A stretch of DNA of 64,000 bases, taken from contig NC_083409.1 in assembly GCF_020745735.1 (NCBI RefSeq), positions 15,037,873-15,101,872 of the forward strand, written 5' to 3'. The DNA comes from Hemiscyllium ocellatum. Its lineage: Eukaryota. Positions 35,135 through 47,884 of this stretch are shown here, piece by piece (position 1 is the stretch's first letter; every line of letters starts with the position of its first letter). The translations under genes and the position numbers were made by a program. The notes beneath the pieces were generated by a model, which was not told where the DNA came from, did no database searches, and saw nothing but the letters and a program-made list of their open reading frames with translations.

Positions 35135-35400
35135 ACCTCAGAGAGACACCTACAGGCAGCACAGAGTAACACACTCACACTGAGAGAGACACCTACAGGC
35201 AGCACAGAGTAACACACGCACTCTGAGAGACAGGCTGCACTGAGTCACATGCTCACACTCCATGCTGCCTGAAGGAGTCTCCGAATGTGGGTGCGTTACT
35301 GAGTGCTGCCTGTGAGTGTCTCTCTGAGTAACACACCCACACTCAGAGAGACACCTACAGGCAGCATTAAGTTGAACACTCACACCGAGAGTGATACAGC
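35135..35400. repeat. 43-bp minisatellite with an internally inverted segment
   Basis: gagagacacctacaggcagcacagagtaacacactcacact repeats; the inverted copy tgctgcctgtgagtgtctctctgag lies near 35305-35329. Confidence 0.85.
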
Positions 35401-35767
35401 CGGCAATGTCTGTGAATGGCTGATGATTGTTTCAGGGGCTGTCTGACATACAGCAGAGATTGCACAGTTCGATCCCATCAGCTGGGCCTGGACCAACAGA
35501 GTGAAGAGGGAATGCATCAGATTGTATTTATTGAGTCCTAACAGCTTTCAGTTTCTGTTATTTTTGGAATCTTGTAACCTACACAAATCCCTGATCAAAG
35601 GGATCATTTGAAAATGATTAATGATTGAAATTGATTGACAGGCCAAGTAACCAATTGTGACAACGATCTGCTGAAATGCAACCAATTAACTGAGGGGTTT
35701 GGGGGTGGGGATGGGGTGGAGGTCAGTTATTTCCAAAGCGCACAGAGGCAGAGACTGAATCTTCATC

Positions 35768-35773
35768 TTTATT
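35768..35773 (-). terminator. PolyA signal AATAAA of the Ig-kappa gene
   Basis: About 490 nt after the stop codon and conserved in the truncated paralog. Confidence 0.75.
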
Positions 35774-36256
35774 CCCTTTTCCACATTCACATTGACGGAA
35801 AAAGAAACAACTGCAATTAACAGCCCAGACAGAGGAAGTTGCTCAAATTCACAGCCACAATGGAGCTTGAGGAAAACACTTGGAGAGATTTTCTCAATAA
35901 CACGAGAATCCTGCCCCTTTAAACAGTGACAAAACCTTAAATTGGAACTGGTGGCTGAGCAGAAAGGAGATCTGGTTACTGAAGCACAGACTTCTGAGGT
36001 TCACATTGATTTGTGCAGCTAACATCACAAGGCAATCCTGTCCCCATCAAACACTCCCAGGACAGTATGAGTTTTGACATGGTGTTCTCTCACCACTATC
36101 CCAATGATATGCTTTAACATCCAAACCTCAGATGTTTCTCTGAGCAATCCTGAGAAGGAAGGAAGAGAAATTCAGTGCTGACAATGACCTTTGTCCTGCC
36201 AGCTCAGCCCTGTCCTATTTAAAGTTGTGTCTCCTCTGTGGACTGTCTCCAACACT

Positions 36257-36585
36257 CTACACACATTCTGATCTCCTGATGCTCTTGCTGAGGGGAGAAG
36301 GGAGGGTCATGTGGGTGAGGGCACAGGAAAAGCGAGCGTTGGACTCCCAGTCAGACCCAGAGAGGGTCAGCAGGCTACTGACACTGTAGGTGTTGTCCGA
36401 AGCTCGCAGGTAGTTGCTGGTCTGAACCCCGTCCGAAATGACTGCACCGTCCTTCTTCCACTGCACCTCCAGCTCATCGGGATAGAAGTGATTGGCAAGG
36501 CACACCAGGGTGGCAGTGCCCTTGGCATTGACCTGCTCCGGGGAGGGGGGCAGCAGGGTCAGCTTGGGCTGTGAGTTCTCACGGC
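36257..36585 (-). CDS. IGKC: Ig kappa (shark NS4/type III) light-chain constant exon
   Basis: Acceptor tctcttgtctttcag, phase 1. (S)RENSQPKLTLLPPSPEQVNAKGTATLVCLANHFYPDELEVQWKK..YSVSSLLTL..FSCALTH..SECV*, with both Cys, the Trp and the terminal Cys intact. Confidence 0.97.
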
Positions 36586-38169
36586 CTGAAAGACAAGAGA
36601 AATAATTTTAATTCCTACCACTGGAAGGGAATTCAAACCTCCCAATATTCACTGGCCATTCAATCTTTTTGAACATTTGTAGTCAATACAGAATAAACCC
36701 AACAAATTACCAGACATTGTTCAAATTGCTTCTTGGGGATGTGAGTATCACTGGCAGGGCCAGCACTTACTACCCATCCCTACTTGCCCCTGAGAAGGTG
36801 ATGGTGAAGCAGCAGAGAGAGAAGGGACAGTTTTGGATCATTGTTTTTAGAATGAATGTGGGCAGCTGGAAAGGCTATCAATGGGGGAGCATTTCAGTGA
36901 CAGTGATCAGAACACAGTGAGCTTGAGAGTAGGGATGGAAATGGAGAACCATGGAGCAAGTGTAAAAGATTTCATTTTACTAAACTGTGCGGTGCTTTGG
37001 TAAAAGTGGATTGGAACCAGCGACATGATGGGAAATCAGTGTCAGGGCAGTGGGAGCCCTCGAAGGACGAGACAGACTGTTCAGAATCTGTTCCCATAAT
37101 TAGTAAGGGTGGGACTTCCAGATCTAGACCAAATGAACAAGAGGATTGGGGTCATGTACTGACATGGACTGGGAACTGATTGGTGGACAGGACAGAAATA
37201 GTGAGTCTTTTTCTGAATGACAGGTAGTCACAACTTAGCGTACCACACGTGTCAGTCCTTGGCACTCAGTTATTCATAATATAATACAATAGAGTCAGAG
37301 AGTCAGAGAGACCCAAAGGCCTATTGTGTCCATACTGGTCAAAAAACCACAACTCAATAGTTCTCATCCATTTTACCAGCATGGTGGAATTAGATGCAGT
37401 ATGTGTTCAATAAAGAATTAGATGGAATGCTTTGGATTAAAGGGATCAAAGAATGTGGGGAGAAAGCAGGAACAGGGGACTGTGTTGGATGATCAGCCAT
37501 AATCATATTGAATGGTGAAACAGGCTTGAGGAGCCGAATGGCCGACTGCTGCTCCAGGTTTGGATGTTTCTATCTGTTTCCCAGGTAATGAAGAAATGTC
37601 TCTCATCAGTTTGAAGATCTAAGTCAAATGTGTGTGGAGGTGGAAGATGTGGCCATGGTGATTACCGCAGGTCAGTGAGGTGGTAAGAAGACACATGGGA
37701 TAAACTGTTTTTCATTTTCCTTGATGGAATGAGGGCATTGCTGGATCAGCAGCATTTATTGCCCATCCATAATCACCCAGAGGGCAGTTTAGAGTCACCC
37801 ACATTGCTGTGGGTCTGGGGTCACACGGTAAGGATGGCAGTTTCTTTCCCAAAAGGACATTAGGGAATCAGATGCTTTTTCCTGACAATCAACAATGGTT
37901 TCATGGTCGTCATTAGACTCCTAATTGCATTTTTTAATTGAATTTGAATGCCACCATCTGCTGGATTCTAACCCTGGTCCCCAGAACATTACCTGGATCT
38001 CTGGATTAACAGCTCAGCAATAACACCATTAGACCATCACCTCCCTTATCTCATTTTTGGTTGACTGTGAAAGCAAGGTGTTTGTTTATTCTGGAACTGT
38101 ATAAAACCCCAGTTAGAGCACAGTGAGAGAACTGTGTACGGTTCTGGTCACCACATTACAGGAAGGATG

Positions 38170-39710
38170 AGATTCCATTAGAGATGGGGACAGAGGAGGA
38201 GTTTGTCTGGAATGGGGACTTTGAGCTTTGAGGAATGATTGGTTTGGCTGGGAGTGTTTTCTTTGGAACAGAAGAGGCACAAGGGAGATTTGATGGTGGT
38301 GTGTAAAATGATGAGGGGCCTGGACAGAGTGGGTAGGAAGGACTGATTTCCACCAGCACAGAGAGCAATAACCATGGGGAAAGATTGAAATCAGTTCTGG
38401 GCAGGATTAGAGGGGGGTTGAGGGTATTTGTTTTCACCCAGAGGCTGGTGGGATGTGGGACTCACTGTCTGAAAGGGTGGGAGAGGCAGAAACCCTCATC
38501 ACATTGAAAAAACACTTGTATATTCATTTGAAACAGCGAAACCTCCAGAACTATGGAGCAAGAGCTGGAAAGTGGGATGGAGCTCGATACCTATTTAACA
38601 AATCTCCGATCACACACAGATCTGGAGAACCTTATCCGAGAACATTGGAGCAGACTCGGATCCACACACTTCGGGAAAGTCACATTGGGGTGTCTGTGTA
38701 GAATGTTCTAGATTACATTTTAAACCTTGCTGCACACTGCTGGGCTGAGGGTCAAGGGTGACGCTGCAAAGAGTCTCAATGTCCTGGGGTCAGACAGGGT
38801 CACTGCTCCTAATGACCCCATGACCCCTGGAAGGTGAGAGTGCGCAGACAATGGATGAGAACCCGGATCAGGAGACTCCAACCTTAAAAAAGACTTGCAT
38901 TTGTGTAGCACCTGTCCAACTCAGGATGTCCCACTGGCTCTTTCCAGCAAACTGTGCACAGCGAGATCCCAAACACAGTATGATAATTAGCAGAGAAACA
39001 GATTTTTAGTGATTTTGACTGGGGGATAAATATTCATCAGTTACACCAGTGGGAACTGCCTGCTTTTCATCCAATAGTGCCATGGAATGGCATCTTTCCC
39101 AACTGAAAGACTCTCAGTTCATCCAAAAAAACGAAGAAATGTTCCCTCAAAATGGAGTTGCAGGTAATTAGGTCGGTGACAAAGTCATTTGGTATGTTTT
39201 CCTTTATTGGTCAGTGCATTGGGTATTGGAGTTGGGAGCTGTTGCGGCTGTACAGGACATCAGTTCGGCCTCTTTTGGAATACTGTGTGCAATTCTGGTC
39301 TCCCTGCTGGAGGAAAAATGTTGTGAATCTTAAAATGGTTCAGAAAAGATTTACAAGGATGTTGCCAAGGTTGGAGGGTTTGCGTGAATGGGAGAGGCTG
39401 AATGGGCTGAGGCAGTTTTCCCTGGATCATTGCAGGTTGATGGGTGACCATATAGAGATTTATAAAATCATGAGCGGCATAGATAAGGTTAATAGAGAAG
39501 ATCTTTTCTCCAGAGTGGGGGAGTCCAGAACTGGAGGGCATAGGCTGAAGGTGACGGGGAAAGATTTAAAAGGGACCTAAGGGACAACGTTTTCATTCAG
39601 AGTGTGTTGAATGTATGGAATGAGCTGCCAGAAGAAGTGGTGAAGGCTGGTACAATTACAACATTTAAAAGGCATGGATATGTGAATAGGAAGAGTTTAG
39701 AGGGATATGG
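38170..39710 (+). mobile_element. CR1 3' fragments (38170-38600, 39140-39710) flanking a DeuSINE-like relic (about 38890-39090)
   Basis: LLEYCVQFWSP..KRFTRMLP..DHIEIYKIMSGID; Deu-domain-like cttgcatttgtgtagcacc..cagcgagatccc. Confidence 0.8.
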
Positions 39711-39879
39711 GCATCAATCCAACTCTTAACATTTCAGGGTCTTCCAAAGACATTTACAGACAGTTTTGTTTGACAAGCTACACTGTCGCAATGTCAGGAA
39801 CGTGGCAGCCAGTTTCTACAGCAAGATCCAAGTAGAAGCAATGAGATCAAAGAGCAATAATGATGTTGGATTAATGATA

Positions 39880-40210
39880 AATATTGCCCTGATTAGATTC
39901 CCTCCAGTGTGGAAACAGGCAGTTCAGCCTGACAAGTCCACACCAACCCCCCGAACAACAGCCCACCCAGAAACAGTCCCTACATTTACTCCTGACTATT
40001 TCACCGAACACTGTAGGCAATTTAGAATGGCCAATTCACCTGGCCTGCACATCTTTGGACAGTGGGAGTAAACCAGAGCACCTGGGGGAAACCCACACAG
40101 ACACAGGGAGAATGTGCAAACACCACACAGACAGCTTCCCAACGACGGGAATTGAACCCAGGTCCTTGATGCTGTGAGGTAGCAGTGCTAACCACTGAGC
40201 CACCATGCCT
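39880..40210 (-). mobile_element. HE1-like V-SINE with intact tRNA-derived head
   Basis: A box TGGCTCAGTGG, B box GGTTCAATTCC, V-domain. Confidence 0.9.
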
Positions 40211-40639
40211 GAAGGTAACCCAAAGCGAAAGTAATTTGGTTCAATTGGATGGAAAATGAGAAAACGGAAGGTGAAGAAGAAGGTAGGATTGCTGGTTAGT
40301 GATGGGATTGATTGTTACCAGAAAATAAAAGGTAGGGACGGACATTTCAAAATCAAAGGAACCAAAGAAGAGCCGGGAAAATCAATAATAGAACATACTT
40401 AAAGAGTTTGTAAGGAAATGCACGAAGCATTTCGAGTAAGGTTGACAAAGTAATGCCACAAATCCAGATGAATTGAGTTTCCAAGGAATTTAAACTAGTT
40501 AAAGTGGAGGAGGGCTCAGGGGAGATTATTTAAGTTTCTAGAAGATGTAAAAGGACAGAGAGTGTGGAAAGGATCAGGAATCGAACGTAAAGCACAGCAG
40601 ATAAGAGAACAATGATGAGAAGGACGGCAGTCAATACAG

Positions 40640-43420
40640 GACTGAGGGTGTTGTACTTTAATGCATACAGTGTACACAATGAGCTTGTAGTGCAGATTGA
40701 AACTGGCAGGTACGATGTTGTGGGTATCACAGAGACATGGCTCTAAGGGGATCCGGGCTGGGAACTAAATATCCAAGGATACGTGTCCTATCAAAAGGAC
40801 AGGTAGATGGGCAGAGGGGGAAGAGTTGCCTTGTTAGTGTGCAATAAAATTCACTCAATAGCAAGAAGTGATATAGAGTCAGAAGGTGTAGAGTCCGTGT
40901 GGGTAGAGTTGAGGAACCGCAAGAAATAAAGAATATGATGCAAGTTATGTCCAGGTCTCCAAGCAGTAATCAGGGTGTGGGGAAGGAAATCAATTAGGAG
41001 GCAGAGAAGCCGTATACAAAATGTCAGGGCAGACTTCAATGAATAGGTGGACTGGGTAGCGCGTCTCAAGGAAAGGATTTCATGGAATGTCTATGAGATG
41101 GTTTTTGGAGCAGCTTGTGGTTGAGCCATGATGGAACAGGCAGGTCTGGATTCAGAGATGTGTATTGAGGCAAACTTGACTTGTGAGTTTAAGGTGAAAG
41201 CATCCCTGTGGATAAATTACCATAATATGATAGAATTCCCACTGTAGTTTGAGAGGGAGAAGCTGCAATCAGATGGAACAGTATTTCAGTTGAGTAAAGG
41301 TAACTGCAAAGACATGAGGAAGGAGCTGGCCAGAGTTGATTGTAAGGGGAGCCGAGCAGGTAAGATGGTGGGGCAGCAAACAGCAGGGTTTCTGGGGGTA
41401 ATTCAGGAAGCAGAGTAGGAATTCATACCAAAAAAGAAGAAATATACTAAAGGGAGAACAAGGCAACCATGGCTGATGAGGGACGTCAAGGACAGCATAA
41501 AAGCAAAAGAAAAGGCAGACAATGTGGTGGAGAATAGTGGGAAGCCAGAAGGTTAGGAAGTCTTGAAAAACCTGTAGAGGACAATGATAAAAGCATTAAG
41601 GATGGAGAGGTGAAATGTGGGGGTGAGCGAGCTAGTAATACAAAAGAAGATTGTCAGAGTTTTATCAGATATATAACAAGGAAGAGGGAGGCAAAAATAG
41701 ACATTGGATCACTGGGAAATGAGGTTGGAGAAAGAAAAATAGAAATAGCAAAGGAATTGAATAGATACTTTGCATCTGTCTGCACCATGGAAAACATCAG
41801 CAGTGTACCAGTACTTCAAGACTGTCAGGGGGCAGGGGGGCGTGTAGTGGCCATCAGTAAGGAGGAGGTACAGGGGAAGCTGGAAGGTCTGAATGTGGAT
41901 AACGCACCCAGACTGGATAAACTTCATCAGTGTGTTCTGAAGGAGATCGCTGAGGAGATTGTGGAGGCATTGGTGATGATCTTTCAGGAATCAATGGAGT
42001 CGGGGTGAGACAGTGGGGTGGGGTGGAATTTGATGGGGGCAAGGAAATAGAAAATGGCTCCCATAGCAGCCCTGTTTAGGAAGGGAGGGAGTTGGAAGAC
42101 GGGAAATTATAGGCCAGTTAGCCTGGACTATTGTTGGTAAGGTATTAGACTTCAATTTAAGGATGAAATTGCAGAGGACTTGGAAGTGCAATGAGAAAAT
42201 AGGGCTGAGTCAACATGGCTTCATCAAGGGGAGGTCCTGCCTGGCAAATCTGTTAGAATTCTTTGAGGAGGCAATGAGCCAGTCAGACAAAGGAGAGTCT
42301 GAGGAAGTAATCTATTTGGATTTTCCAGAAGGCCTTTGACATAACTTAAGAGCCTGTAGTGTTAGGAGCAATGTACTGGCATGGACCGAGGACAGACAGG
42401 TTGGCATAAAGCAGAGAATGAGGAAAGATGGCCACTGGTGACTAGTAGAGTTCTGCAGGTGGCAATGTTGGGGCAATAACTACTCACGTTATACATGAAC
42501 AATCCGGATGAAGGAAGTGAAGACATTGTTGCTACGTTTGCAGACAACATGGGATAGGTGGAGGGACAGGTAGTGTTGAGGAAGTGGGAAGACTGAAAAA
42601 GGTCCTGGATAGGCTCGGAGAGTGGGCAAAGAAGTGGCAGATAGAATACAATGTGTTACAGTGTGAGGTTATGCACTTTGGGAGGAAGAAGAAATACAAA
42701 GACTGTTTGCTAAATGAGGAAAGCCTTTGGAAATCTAAAGCACAAACCACATTCAGGTTTCTCTTCAGGTTAACAGGCAGGTCCCCTTTGTGTTTGGGAA
42801 GGCAAATGAAATGACAGCATTCATTTCAATAGGGCCAGAATACAAGAGCAGAGATGTACTGCTGAGGCTGTGTAAGGCTCTGGTCAGACTGCATTTGGAA
42901 TATTGTGAACAGATTTGGGACCCAAATTCTAAGAAACAATGTGCTGGCATTGGAGGGATTTACAAGAATGATCCTGGGGATGAAGGGCTTGTCATATGAG
43001 GTGTGGTTGAGGACTCTGGGTCTGTACTCGATGGAGTTTAGAAGGATGAGGAAGGATATCATTGAAATTTACAGAATACTGATAGGCCTGGATAGAGTGG
43101 ATGGGGAGAAGATTTATCCAATAAGAGGAGAGACTTGGTAACCAAGGCACAGCCTCAGAATGAAGGGCCGACCCTTTAGAGCTAAGATGAGGAGGAATTT
43201 CTTCAGCCAGAGAGTGGCGAATCTGTGGAACTCATTGTTACAGAGGGCAGTGGAGGCCAAGTCACTGAGTGTATTTAAGACAGAGATGGATAGGTTTGTG
43301 ATTATTAAGGGGATGGAAAGTTCCTGTGGAGTAGGCAGGAGCATGGGGTGAGAAGCATATCTGCCAAGATCAAATGGCAGAGCAGATTCAATGGGCTGAA
43401 TGGCTGATTTCTGATCCTAC
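40640..43420 (+). mobile_element. Degenerate CR1 ORF2 (APE plus RT)
   Basis: VLKEIAEEIVEALVMIFQES, KCEVMHFGRK, LHLEYCEQIW, RNFFSQRVANLWNSL. Confidence 0.9.
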
Positions 43421-43539
43421 TTCTTAAAAACTTCTGGAGAGTTTCCACAAAACCCTGGAACACTGAACCCACTGGACTTTGAGCCCTGCTGTAGCTGTTT
43501 GTCATCAGAACTTTGCCAAGAGATAACCAAAGAGTGGAG

Positions 43540-46500
43540 AGGGTGTGGTTCTATGTGGGAATTTCAGGATACTTTGCAGTTCCTGGAATACCATGAGTAC
43601 AGGAAGTGTGGTCAGTGACAGCGGTTGGAGCTCTGGGCTTCGGAGCTTGAGCAGCAGCTGGTGTCAGTGCGGAGCGTCCGTGAGGCTGAGAGCTCCGTGG
43701 AGAGCACGTTTCTAGATGTGGTCACTCTGCAGCTTCAGAGTATGCAGGGAGAGAGGGAATGGGGGAGCAGCAGACAGTCCAAAAGGACCAGGCAGCTAGT
43801 ACAGGAATTCCCTGAGTGCATCCCAGTCTTCAACCAGGATTCAGTTCAGAATCCTGATGAGAATGATGGTTAATCTGGGGAATGCAGCCAGAGCCAAGTC
43901 CCTGGCAGCACATGTGGTCAGCTGTACAGGGGAGCACAAGAAGACTGGAAGAGCTATAGTGGGAGGAGATTTGAGCGTGAGGGCATCGAAAGGTGTTTCT
44001 GCAGCTGCAGATGGGAATCCAGGATGGTGTGTTGTCTCCCTGGTGCCAGGGTGAAGGATGTCACTGAGCGACTGCAGAGCACCCTGAGGGGAGAGGGGGA
44101 ACAGGCAGCAGTTGTGGTCCACATCGGTCCCAGTGACAGTGGGAGGAAAGGGATGTGGTCCTCCAGTCAGAATTTAGGAGCAGGAGCTAAAAGGTAGGAA
44201 TCTTCAGATTACTCCCATTACCACATGCAAGTGAGAAGAGGAACAGGAGGGTAACACAGGTGACGGTGGAGCTGGAGAAAGGGTCCAGGAGGCAGGGCTT
44301 TAGATTTTTTGGACATTGTGAGTGGGTCTGGGGGAGATGGCACCTGGACAGACCAGACAGTGTTGCTCCTGAACAGAGCTGGGACTGAGTTCCTTTGAGG
44401 TGATTTACTAGTGCTGTTGGTGAGGGTTTAAACTAACGTGGCAGGGCTGTGAGAGCCAGGGGGAATATCAGAGAGGAACACCAAGGTCCACAGAATTCTC
44501 AGTGCAGTCAATAAGTCACCAGCCAGTGGGAAGGATGTGGAGGAATGCAAATGCAAGGAATTTACAGAAACCTGCAAATATGATCGAGCCGTTATAAATG
44601 GGGGAAAGGGGTATTTAATTTCTGAATATAGACTGGGATAGTAGCAATGTAACGGGCAGAGAGGGGTGAGAGGTGTGAGACTGTGTTCAGGTGAATTTTC
44701 AGGTGGCATCGTGGCCAGTGAAAAAGGCTGTCTAAGAGTACAATGGGATCTTGACCAACTGGGCCAGTGGGCTGAGGAATGGCAGATGGAGTTTTATTCA
44801 GATAAATGTGAGTGCTGTATTTTGGGTAAGACACAGGAGATGGGTGAGATTCTAAACAAATATTTCAGGTCAGTATTTATTGTGGAGAAGGACATGAATG
44901 CGAGGGAATTTGGAAAAAATAGTGATGCTTTCAAAAAGTCCACAATACAAATGAGGAGATGCAAAAGGTCTTAAAACATTTAAAGGTAGATAAATCCCTA
45001 GGACCTGATCAGGTATATCCCAGAACATTGTGGGAAAAGAGGGAAGAGATTGCTGGGCCCCTTGCTGAGATATGTTTATCATTGACAGCTACAGGTAAGA
45101 TGTTGGAGAACCAGAGAGGTTGGCTAATGTTGTACCATTATTTCAGAAAGGCTATAAGGAAAAGCTAGGGAACTATAGACCAGTGAGCATGATGTCAGTG
45201 CTGGGTAAGATGTTGGAGTGGATTCTGAGGGACAGGATTTCCATCCATTTGGATAATCAATGTGGTTTTGTGCGTGGGAAATTGTGTCTCCCTGATTTAA
45301 TTGAGGAGGTGACAAAGAAGATTGATGAAAGCAGAACAGTAGACACTGTCTGTATGGACTTCAGTAAAGTATTTGACAAGGTTCCACATGATAGACTGGT
45401 TAGTAAGGTTAGACCACATGGGATTGAGGGGGAGCCAGCCATTTGGGTAAAAAAATTAGCTTGAAGATAGGAGAGAGGGTGTGGCGGTAAAGGGTTGATT
45501 TTCAGATCGGAGATCTGTGAATAGCTGTGTGCCGCAAGGAGTGGTGCTGGGTCCACTGCTTTTGGTCATTTAAATAAATGATTTCACCTGAATATAGGAG
45601 TTAACATAAGTGTGTAAAAGACATCAAAATTGGTGGGACAGTGGATAGTGAAGAAGATTATCTCAGGGTACAGTGGAACCTTGATCAGATGGGGCAATGG
45701 ACAGAGGAGTGGGAAATGGAGTTCAGTTTAGATAAATGTGAGGTGTTGCACTTTGGAAAGGCAAACCAGGGCAGGAGTTATACAGTAATGGTAGGGCCCT
45801 GTGGAGTGTTGCTGAACAAAGACACCGAGGGGTGAGGGGTGAGGGGTGAGGGGTGAGGGGTGAGGGGTGAGGGGTGAGGGGTGAGGGGTGAGGGTGAAGG
45901 GTGAAGGGTGAAGGGTGAGGGGTGAATGTAAGGGAAATGTGCATTATTCCTTAAAACTGGATCACAGGGAGACAGGACGATGAAGAAGGTGTCGGGAACC
46001 TTTGCCTTTATTGGTCACTGTATTGAGGATAGGAGTTGGGTCATCATGTTGCAGCTGTACAGGAGATTGGTGAGGCCAGTTTGGGAATAATGTGAACAAT
46101 TCTGATCATTCTGTGATAGGAAGGATGTTGTTCAACTTTTAAAAGGTGCAGAAAAAGATTTACAAAGATTTTGTGAGGAATTGGAGGGTTTGAACGATAG
46201 GGAGAGGATGAATCGGAACATCGGAGGCTGAGAAATTTATAAAATCATGAGGGGACACAGATAATGTGACTAATTCAGGAATGGTTTGGATAGATGACAA
46301 ATTATATTCCCAAAAGTCATTCCAGGGATGAGGAACATCAGTTATGAAGATCTACTGGAGAATTTGGGACTGTCTTCTTTGGAGAAGGCTGGAAGCAGAT
46401 TTATTCGAGGAATTCAAAATCAGGAGGGGCCTGAACAGAATAAATAGGGAGAAAATGTTCCCAATTGAGAAAAGATTAAGACTGAGAGAACACAGCTTGA

Positions 46501-46740
46501 AAGTAATTGGGAAAAGTAACAAAAGTGAGACAAGGAAAAACATTTTCGGCCAGTGGGTGGTTAAGGTGTGGAATGCACTGCCTGAGAGTGTGGTGGAGGC
46601 AGCTTCAATTAAAACATTCTGAAGGGAATGAGACTGTTAGTCGAAAAGGAATTATGTGCAGGGTGACAGGGAGAAGGCAGGAGAATGACACTCAGTGAAT
46701 TGCTCATTCAGAGAACCAGTACAGACAGGATGGGTGGAAT
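43540..46740 (+). mobile_element. CR1 ORF1 (coiled coil plus esterase remnant) and nested CR1 RT fragments
   Basis: ELEQQLVSVRSVREAESSVES, VSLVPG(ARV), GNYRPVSMMSV, DFSKVFDKVPH. Confidence 0.85.
45827..45925 (+). repeat. (GAGGGGT)n heptamer array, about 14 units
   Basis: 9 perfect units followed by GAAGGGT variants, embedded in a CR1. Confidence 0.95.
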
Positions 46741-47208
46741 GGCCTCCTTGTGCACTGTAACAATTCTGTGATTGTGTGGTTGAGCAGAGTTAAAGCTGGG
46801 GGAGGTGGGAGCTCGGTGTCTCACTGTGCTGCTGCTGCTGAGGTCAGTGAGATCAGAGACTGGGACAGGGAGCCAGAGCTCACATCAAACTCTGCCCTGT
46901 GTCTGTCACACTGAGACTGGCAGGAGGCTACTCACTGATTTCACTCCATGCTGCAGGAATGGGACCACAGGCTGCAAATGGACAGAGCTCCTCCACACGG
47001 TGAGTAAAACTTACTGACTTATATCTTGCTTTTTAAAGGGGGCAATGGAACGAAATAAAATACAGCTGGACACACTATTAGACACAATGCTCCTCAATCA
47101 ACTATTTCATTCACTGCAGCTTCTCACGAACACCTTCAACAATTCAGCATTTGTGTTTTAGAAATTGTGTTTGACAGGGTTAACAACAGAGGAATGAGGT
47201 TTACTTAC

Positions 47209-47535
47209 TCAGTCTGAGCTTGGTTCCTGGACCGAACGTGAATGTGCTGTAATGCTGCATACAGTAATAGTCAGCGACATCCTCATTCTGAACGTTGCTG
47301 ATTGTCAGGGTGAAACTGGTCCCTGATCCACTGCCGGTGAATCGCTCGGAGACTCCTGTGAATCGAGTTGCTGCACTGTAGATCAAGACAGAGGGTTTCT
47401 GACCTTCTCGATGCTGGTACCAAGCAAGGGAGCTGCTAATGCTTTGACTGGCCGTACAGGTGAGTGTTGCGGTCTGGTCCAGTCCCACTGACAGCACCGG
47501 GGGAGACTGAGTCATGATAATGTCCCCACTGATAC
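47209..47535 (-). CDS. IGKV: Pre-joined, in-frame V-J kappa exon
   Basis: (G)[71 protein letters not shown]; acceptor cccctcag, donor A/GTAAGT; no RSS between V and J. Confidence 0.97.
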
Positions 47536-47721
47536 CTGAGGGGTCAGAGAGTAACACAGTGAAGTCAGAACTGTCACAGAAAGAGCCTGTCAAATGAGAG
47601 ATTGTTGGAGACACTGAGCATTCCTCTGGTTTCAGCATTTTCCCTTCAATCACAAGTCAGTGGAATTGGAGTGAAATGGAGACCAGCTAAAGATTCAAGG
47701 TGGAAGGAGAGAGATTTGTAC

Positions 47722-47770
47722 CTGTGACACAGAATGCCAGGGGCCAGATCAGCTGGATGTGTGAAATCAT
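47722..47770 (-). CDS. IGKV: Ig kappa leader exon
   Basis: MISHIQLIWPLAFCVT(G), donor G/GTACAA, 186-nt GT-AG intron, phase matches the V exon. Confidence 0.93.
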
Positions 47771-47830
47771 GGTGTGTGCTCCTGTCCCTGTGCCTGGTTC
47801 CTGATAAACTCTCCCTTCACTGGGCTCTGC

Positions 47831-47884
47831 TTTATAAAGCTGCAGCCTGTGAGAGTCTGACTGGGTGTTCCTCAGTATGTAAAT
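47831..47884 (-). promoter_or_regulatory. V promoter: TATAAA (47836-47831) and variant octamer ATTTACAT (47884-47877)
   Basis: Octamer-TATA spacing of about 40 bp upstream of the leader ATG, as in Ig light-chain promoters. Confidence 0.75.

Noticed and set aside
37785-37800. CTCF-like CACCCAGAGGGCAGT in the J-C intron
   Set aside because: Two mismatches in the key 5' positions, and it lies in a common interspersed repeat.
40130-40210. tRNA gene
   Set aside because: The A/B boxes belong to the tRNA-derived head of an HE1 SINE; no full cloverleaf.
44545-44552. Intronic octamer ATGCAAAT as an intron enhancer
   Set aside because: Single 8-mer inside CR1 debris with no supporting motif cluster.
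36586-47208. All intronic CR1 fragments antisense to the Ig gene, as evidence of selection
   Set aside because: CR1 copies outside the gene are also mostly plus-strand in this window; the sample is too small.
47556-47594. RSS in the V intron (CACAGTG), and other CACAGTG hits at 2521, 28283, 36914, 38119, 52332
   Set aside because: No nonamer-like sequence at 12 or 23 bp spacing in any case checked.
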